Shown: positions 59,859 through 64,000 of the stretch, one piece after another
Layout of the letters: each line of letters starts with the position of its first letter
How positions within the stretch are numbered: position 1 is the stretch's first letter
Source of the DNA: Thermoplasmatota archaeon
GTDB taxonomy: Archaea; Thermoplasmatota; E2; JACPAO01; JAHFTW01
DNA length: 64,000 nucleotides
Assembly (NCBI GenBank): GCA_041601615.1
Contig: JBFIHX010000006.1
Span: 64,001-128,000, forward strand
Reading direction: 5' to 3'
Made by a program: the position numbers and the translations under genes
Notes under the pieces: model-generated
What the model was told of the DNA's origin: nothing
Databases searched by the model: none
What the model saw: only the letters and a program-made list of their open reading frames with translations

Positions 59859-60200
59859 ATGTTCGACTCGGATTCATGGGCTAGGATCAAGGCAAGGGCG
59901 TTCAACGGACGCGACTTGGACACATTCGTGTCCGGCATGGCCCACGACACGAGATGCCTACGAGACGGCGAGCTTTTGGGCGAGGGCCCCGAAGCAATCC
60001 GGGATGGCATTGAGGCCGAGTACCGCACCCGAGATCCCGTCGTGCGGCTCTTGAACGTGGACGGCGCTCGGGTGTTTGCAGAATGCAGCAAAGAGGGTCG
60101 TGGCGTGGACGGAGTTTTGCGCTTCGTGGTGGAGGAAGACCATGTGCGGGAGTTCCACATCGAGCATGGGCCCTTGCTTCTGGAAGGGACGCCCGAGTAG
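59859..60200 (+). CDS. SnoaL/NTF2-like small protein
   Basis: Start re-called at MFDSDSW; pattern AFNGRDLD....MAHD....GPEAIR. Confidence 0.6.
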   Translation: MFDSDSWARIKARAFNGRDLDTFVSGMAHDTRCLRDGELLGEGPEAIRDGIEAEYRTRDPVVRLLNVDGARVFAECSKEGRGVDGVLRFVVEEDHVREFHIEHGPLLLEGTPE

Positions 60201-60262
60201 GCGTTCCGCTCCAAGCTGCGTACCTGGCGTGATGCCTACAACCCGTGGGCATTGCTTCGGCG

Positions 60263-62221
60263 TTAGCTGCGGCGGCGCAGGGCGGCTCCAACCAGTACTA
60301 GAGCACCGATGAGGAGGACCATAGGCAGCCCCGGGCTGTCGTTGTCGTCGGTTTCGCCCGTGCCGACTAGGATGAATCGCTCCGCCGAGTCCGTGACTCC
60401 ATTTTCGTCCACGACGACGAGGCGAACGCGGTAGGTGCCTGCTTCCTCGAAGGTGTGGCGGGTGGTCTCGCCGGTTCCTGCCGCCGATCCGTCGCCAAAG
60501 AACCAGGTCCATTCTTGTAGGGGCACGGGAGCCGTGCTGGTGTCGCGGAAGGTAATGGACTTGCCCACGAGGGGTGATTCAGGGTCGATGGAGAACGCTG
60601 CAATGGGCGGCTCGGGCAGCTCCTTCGAGGGGCCGGCGCCGAGTTCTCGCAACTGCACTCGCACGGCTTGGGAACGGGTTCCCTGAAGGCCGCCGTCATC
60701 GGTCACGGTGAGCTGAACTTGGAAGAATCCAATGGCCTCAAATTGGTGCGATGGGCTTTGGAGAGCGCTGGTGTTGCCTTCGCCAAAGTTCCAGGACCAT
60801 GCCTTGATGGTGCCATCGGAGTCCTGGGAGGTGTCGTTGAACTGGATCGATTCGCCTTGGTAGATGACGAGGGGATCTGCGGTGAATCCTGCAATGGGGC
60901 CCGAGTTTGGCGGTTTGCAGGCCTGTTGCGCCTTGTCGGCTTCAGTGCAGACGAAAATGTTCAATTCCCGCGTGGAGGACATGCTCTGGTCGTCGGTGAC
61001 GGTGAGGCGGACCGTGTATTTGCCAGCGTCCGCGTACTTGTGTGTGGCGGTGGAGGTGTCGGCGTCCTCGGTGCCGTCCTGGTTGAAGTCCCAGGACCAA
61101 CTGACGATGGGGTCGCCGTCTGGATCCGTGGACGAGTCGGTGAACGTGATGTCTTGGCCGGCGGTGGGGGCCAGTGGCGACACGGTGAAGGCGGCAAACG
61201 GAGCGACGGCCACAATGGTGGCGGACGCAGCCTTGACCAAGGTGGTCGCCGTCCCGAGGTCGTCTGTGACGGTCAATTCTACATCGACCGCACCGAGTTC
61301 GGAAAAATGCAACTGGGGCTGAATGTCCGTGGAGGTTTGCTCCTCGCCGCCATTCGTGAATTTCCACTGGAACGTGTATTCGCCGAGGTTGGGGTCGCCA
61401 TCGCCAGGGGTAACGGCTGCCTTGAAGGTTACCCGGCTTGCCGCGATTCGGTCAGAAATCGGCGGGGTCGCGGTGATTTGCGTGATACTGGGCCCGATGG
61501 CCACGAAGGTCTTGGGAGTGACTGCGTTCGTGGTGCCGCAGGGAGGGCCCGGCATTTCGTCCACCACATCATACGCGGATGTATCGTCGTTGAATTCGTA
61601 GGTTGTTGCGCTCCACTTGTCCATCACGAGTGGCGCGGCGGCGGTGGCGGGACCTGGAGCAAACACCGTGTGCGGCGCATAACCGAGTTCGATGACGTAG
61701 TAGGTATTGGAGTTGGTTGGGGGTGCGCCCGGGACCGTGGAACCAGGTGTACTGTCCACGGTTTTGACGTTCACATAGACTGGGGCCGAGGTGGACCGTG
61801 CGTCCTGAGTACTTGTGAGTACCGAGAAATCGTTCCAGTCGTAGGTTTCTAGATCCTTATCTTGAGCGGCCTGGAGGATTGTCGATTGGGGGTGGAGGCT
61901 GTCGCCTTCGAACTGTACGCGCATTTGGGCCGAGTTCAAGAAAGAGGTCGCGGCAACTCCGCTTACGATGACTTGGACGAGCACCATGTGGATGGCTGCA
62001 TCCGGGGTGTTCAGGTTCTTGTCGTGGTCGAAAGTCCGCGTGGCGGAACCGGCGTACATTGCCCCTAGGTCATTTCCTGCGAGTCCTTCGCCAGAGCAGT
62101 CATGGACGACGCGTGTTAGGTCGTCGCCGGTCTCGGTGGGCGGGGGAGACGTATGTCCTGCTTCTACAGGTAGGCTTGTCAACAGGAGTGCCGCCACAAG
62201 GACGAACGCAGCCGTGCGCAT
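60263..62221 (-). CDS. PKD-domain surface protein (about 4 PKD units) with PGF-CTERM-like tail
   Basis: WSWDF, WSWNFGEG, WTWFFGDG, V.LTVTDD repeats; tail SPGLPMVLLIGALVLVGAALRRRS. Confidence 0.9.
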   Translation of the reverse strand: MRTAAFVLVAALLLTSLPVEAGHTSPPPTETGDDLTRVVHDCSGEGLAGNDLGAMYAGSATRTFDHDKNLNTPDAAIHMVLVQVIVSGVAATSFLNSAQMRVQFEGDSLHPQSTILQAAQDKDLETYDWNDFSVLTSTQDARSTSAPVYVNVKTVDSTPGSTVPGAPPTNSNTYYVIELGYAPHTVFAPGPATAAAPLVMDKWSATTYEFNDDTSAYDVVDEMPGPPCGTTNAVTPKTFVAIGPSITQITATPPISDRIAASRVTFKAAVTPGDGDPNLGEYTFQWKFTNGGEEQTSTDIQPQLHFSELGAVDVELTVTDDLGTATTLVKAASATIVAVAPFAAFTVSPLAPTAGQDITFTDSSTDPDGDPIVSWSWDFNQDGTEDADTSTATHKYADAGKYTVRLTVTDDQSMSSTRELNIFVCTEADKAQQACKPPNSGPIAGFTADPLVIYQGESIQFNDTSQDSDGTIKAWSWNFGEGNTSALQSPSHQFEAIGFFQVQLTVTDDGGLQGTRSQAVRVQLRELGAGPSKELPEPPIAAFSIDPESPLVGKSITFRDTSTAPVPLQEWTWFFGDGSAAGTGETTRHTFEEAGTYRVRLVVVDENGVTDSAERFILVGTGETDDNDSPGLPMVLLIGALVLVGAALRRRS

Positions 62222-62282
62222 CGCCCGACCAGTCACGGGGCGACTGATAGCCTTTGTTAGACGCTCCTGAAGGAAACCATCC

Positions 62283-62894
62283 CTAATCCAAGCGGAACGG
62301 GGCCACGTCGAAGGTGTTCTGCACCGTGGTGTACTGGTGGCCGCCCAGCCGTGCTAGAAAGTCGACGCGATCGGCGCGCACGTTGCCTCGCTCATCGAGG
62401 ACCTTGTCGTCGGCGTGGAAGTGGAGGATTTCTCCAAAGACCACGGTAACGGGGGATTGGTTGCCAAATCGGCGGGTCTCGACGCGGCGGCATTCCATGG
62501 CGACGGGGCACGCGCTCAAACGTGGCGGGGCGACTTTCCTGCTTGGCTCGGTCTCCAATCCCAAGGCCTCTGCTTCGCTGATTCCGTCTGGGTACGGGGC
62601 TGCGGATTGCACCATTTCGTTGGCAAGCTGCGCAGGAGTGACGTGGACAACGAATTCGCCGGTTGTTTCGATGTTTCGAAGGGTGTGCTTGGAGCCGCCG
62701 CCGCGTGCGTCCGAAATGCTCAGCATCAGCATCGGTGGGTCGGAGCAGATTCCTTGGAAGTAACTGAAGGGCGCCAAGTTGACGACGCCCGCCGCATCCA
62801 CGGTGGTGACCCAGGCGATGGGCCGAGGGGCGATGGCACTCGTCAGGAAATGATAATGGCCGGACGGGCTCCGGTCGGCAGCAGACCAATCCAC
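62283..62894 (-). CDS. Flavin reductase-like (DIM6/NTAB) protein
   Basis: PRPIAWVTT, NLAPFSYF, KHTLRNIETTGEFVV, P.AMEC, ARLGG..Y. Start uncertain (GTG at 62894). Confidence 0.9.
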   Translation of the reverse strand: MDWSAADRSPSGHYHFLTSAIAPRPIAWVTTVDAAGVVNLAPFSYFQGICSDPPMLMLSISDARGGGSKHTLRNIETTGEFVVHVTPAQLANEMVQSAAPYPDGISEAEALGLETEPSRKVAPPRLSACPVAMECRRVETRRFGNQSPVTVVFGEILHFHADDKVLDERGNVRADRVDFLARLGGHQYTTVQNTFDVAPFRLD

Positions 62895-62989
62895 GCACGG
62901 CACCTGCGCCCGGGGCGCTTGAACCCACCGTCTCTGGCCGGTACGGTTTTGACACACCCTGCTGCTCCCGAGTCGTCAGTGTGGACTTT

Positions 62990-64000
62990 ATGGCCGTCGA
63001 GAGCATAACCCAGCAAGTGCAGAAGGACCCCTCCAGCATCGTCAACCGGTCGGTAGGCGACGTGGACACACTGGCCGAACTGATGTGGAACAGCATCGAG
63101 CGCCATGCCGCCCACACCGCCCAGTCCTGGAACGAAGACGGCGTCTGGAAATCGCGTACCTACGAGGAGTTCGGCACGCGCATCCGCGAGGTCGCCAACG
63201 GACTCCTGTCGCTGGGCCTGAAAAAGGGCGACCGAGTGGCGATCTGGAGCAAAAACCGACCGGCCTGGGCCGAAGTGGATCTAGCCGACCAAACCATCGG
63301 CATCGCCACCGTGCCCATTTACGACACTTTGACCGGCAAGGACGGGGCATACATCGTGAACGATTCCGGCGCCAAGGTGCTGTTTGTCCAGGACAAAACC
63401 GTTCTTGATACGGTCTGGGCCGTGCAGGGCGAGATGAAGCTGGACACCATCGTCATGCTCGAAGGCATTTCGCGACGCAAGGGCGTCGTGAGCTACGAAG
63501 CCCTCCTGAAGGCCGGCCGCGCCTACGCCGAGAAGAACCCTGGCGCCGTGGAAAAAGCACGCGACAAAGTCAAGGCGGACGATTTAGCCAGCCTCGTCTA
63601 CACCAGCGGCACCACAGGCAACCCCAAAGGCGTCATGCTGACCCACAAGAACTTCGCCAGCAACGCCCAAGTGGCCCAGAAAGTCGTCGACGTGGGCCCC
63701 CACGACACCTTCCTGAGCTTCCTGCCCCTCTCGCATGTATTCGAGCGCACGGGCGGCCACTTCACGGCCTACGGAGCCGGCGCGCACGTGACGTTTGCGC
63801 GCAGCATCGACACGCTCACGGACGACATGATTGCCATCAAGCCGACGATCATGATGAGTGTGCCGCGCTTGTACGAGAAAATCTACGCACGCATCCAAGA
63901 CAGTGTGCGCAAGAGCAGCTTCGTCAAACGCGCCATCTTTGCGTGGGCCATGGCCCAAGGACGCGCCGCAAACGTCTACCGCCAACGCGATGAGCCCTTG
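62990..64000 (+). CDS. Long-chain acyl-CoA synthetase (AMP-binding), partial
   Basis: Translated by hand; absent from the ORF track because it has no stop in the window. GLKKGDRVAI, VPIYDT, YTSGTTGNPKGVMLTHKN, FLPLSHVFER, VPRLYEKI. Confidence 0.93.
   Translation, partial: MAVESITQQVQKDPSSIVNRSVGDVDTLAELMWNSIERHAAHTAQSWNEDGVWKSRTYEEFGTRIREVANGLLSLGLKKGDRVAIWSKNRPAWAEVDLADQTIGIATVPIYDTLTGKDGAYIVNDSGAKVLFVQDKTVLDTVWAVQGEMKLDTIVMLEGISRRKGVVSYEALLKAGRAYAEKNPGAVEKARDKVKADDLASLVYTSGTTGNPKGVMLTHKNFASNAQVAQKVVDVGPHDTFLSFLPLSHVFERTGGHFTAYGAGAHVTFARSIDTLTDDMIAIKPTIMMSVPRLYEKIYARIQDSVRKSSFVKRAIFAWAMAQGRAANVYRQRDEPL

Noticed and set aside
1-64000. tRNA, rRNA, RNase P or SRP genes, integrases, transposases and defence systems
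   Set aside because: No diagnostic motifs seen by eye. A covariance-model scan would be needed to exclude small RNAs.

Overview
Archaeal genomic DNA, most consistent with a high-GC Thermoplasmatota lineage; markers include a LonB protease, type II MetAP, aMBF1, PAN and PGF-CTERM-like sorting tails. The first ~12 kb is a housekeeping and proteostasis block (lonB, hsp20, map, tsaC, mbf1, pan) interspersed with secreted or lipoprotein genes, and it carries an insertion scar at the 3' end of tsaC. From ~12.7 to ~59.5 kb lies a large cell-surface locus. It contains a double winged-helix regulator divergent from three tandem Cys-rich secreted paralogues, a Ca-binding repeat protein and a beta-helix protein. 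It also contains a ~22 kb translationally coupled minus-strand operon of three giant anchored proteins (about 2296, 3402 and 1337 aa) that ends in a lysyl oxidase with all catalytic residues, and a divergent MoxR / TSP3-DUF4129 / DUF4350-DUF58 operon. A small peptide / TM-TPR protein / wHTH module follows. The window ends with SnoaL-like, PKD, flavin reductase and acyl-CoA ligase genes. The best candidate for an undescribed system is a lysyl-oxidase-cross-linked archaeal extracellular matrix or filament. I saw no tRNA, rRNA, CRISPR array, integrase or transposase. All domain calls come from reading motifs by eye, not from database searches.
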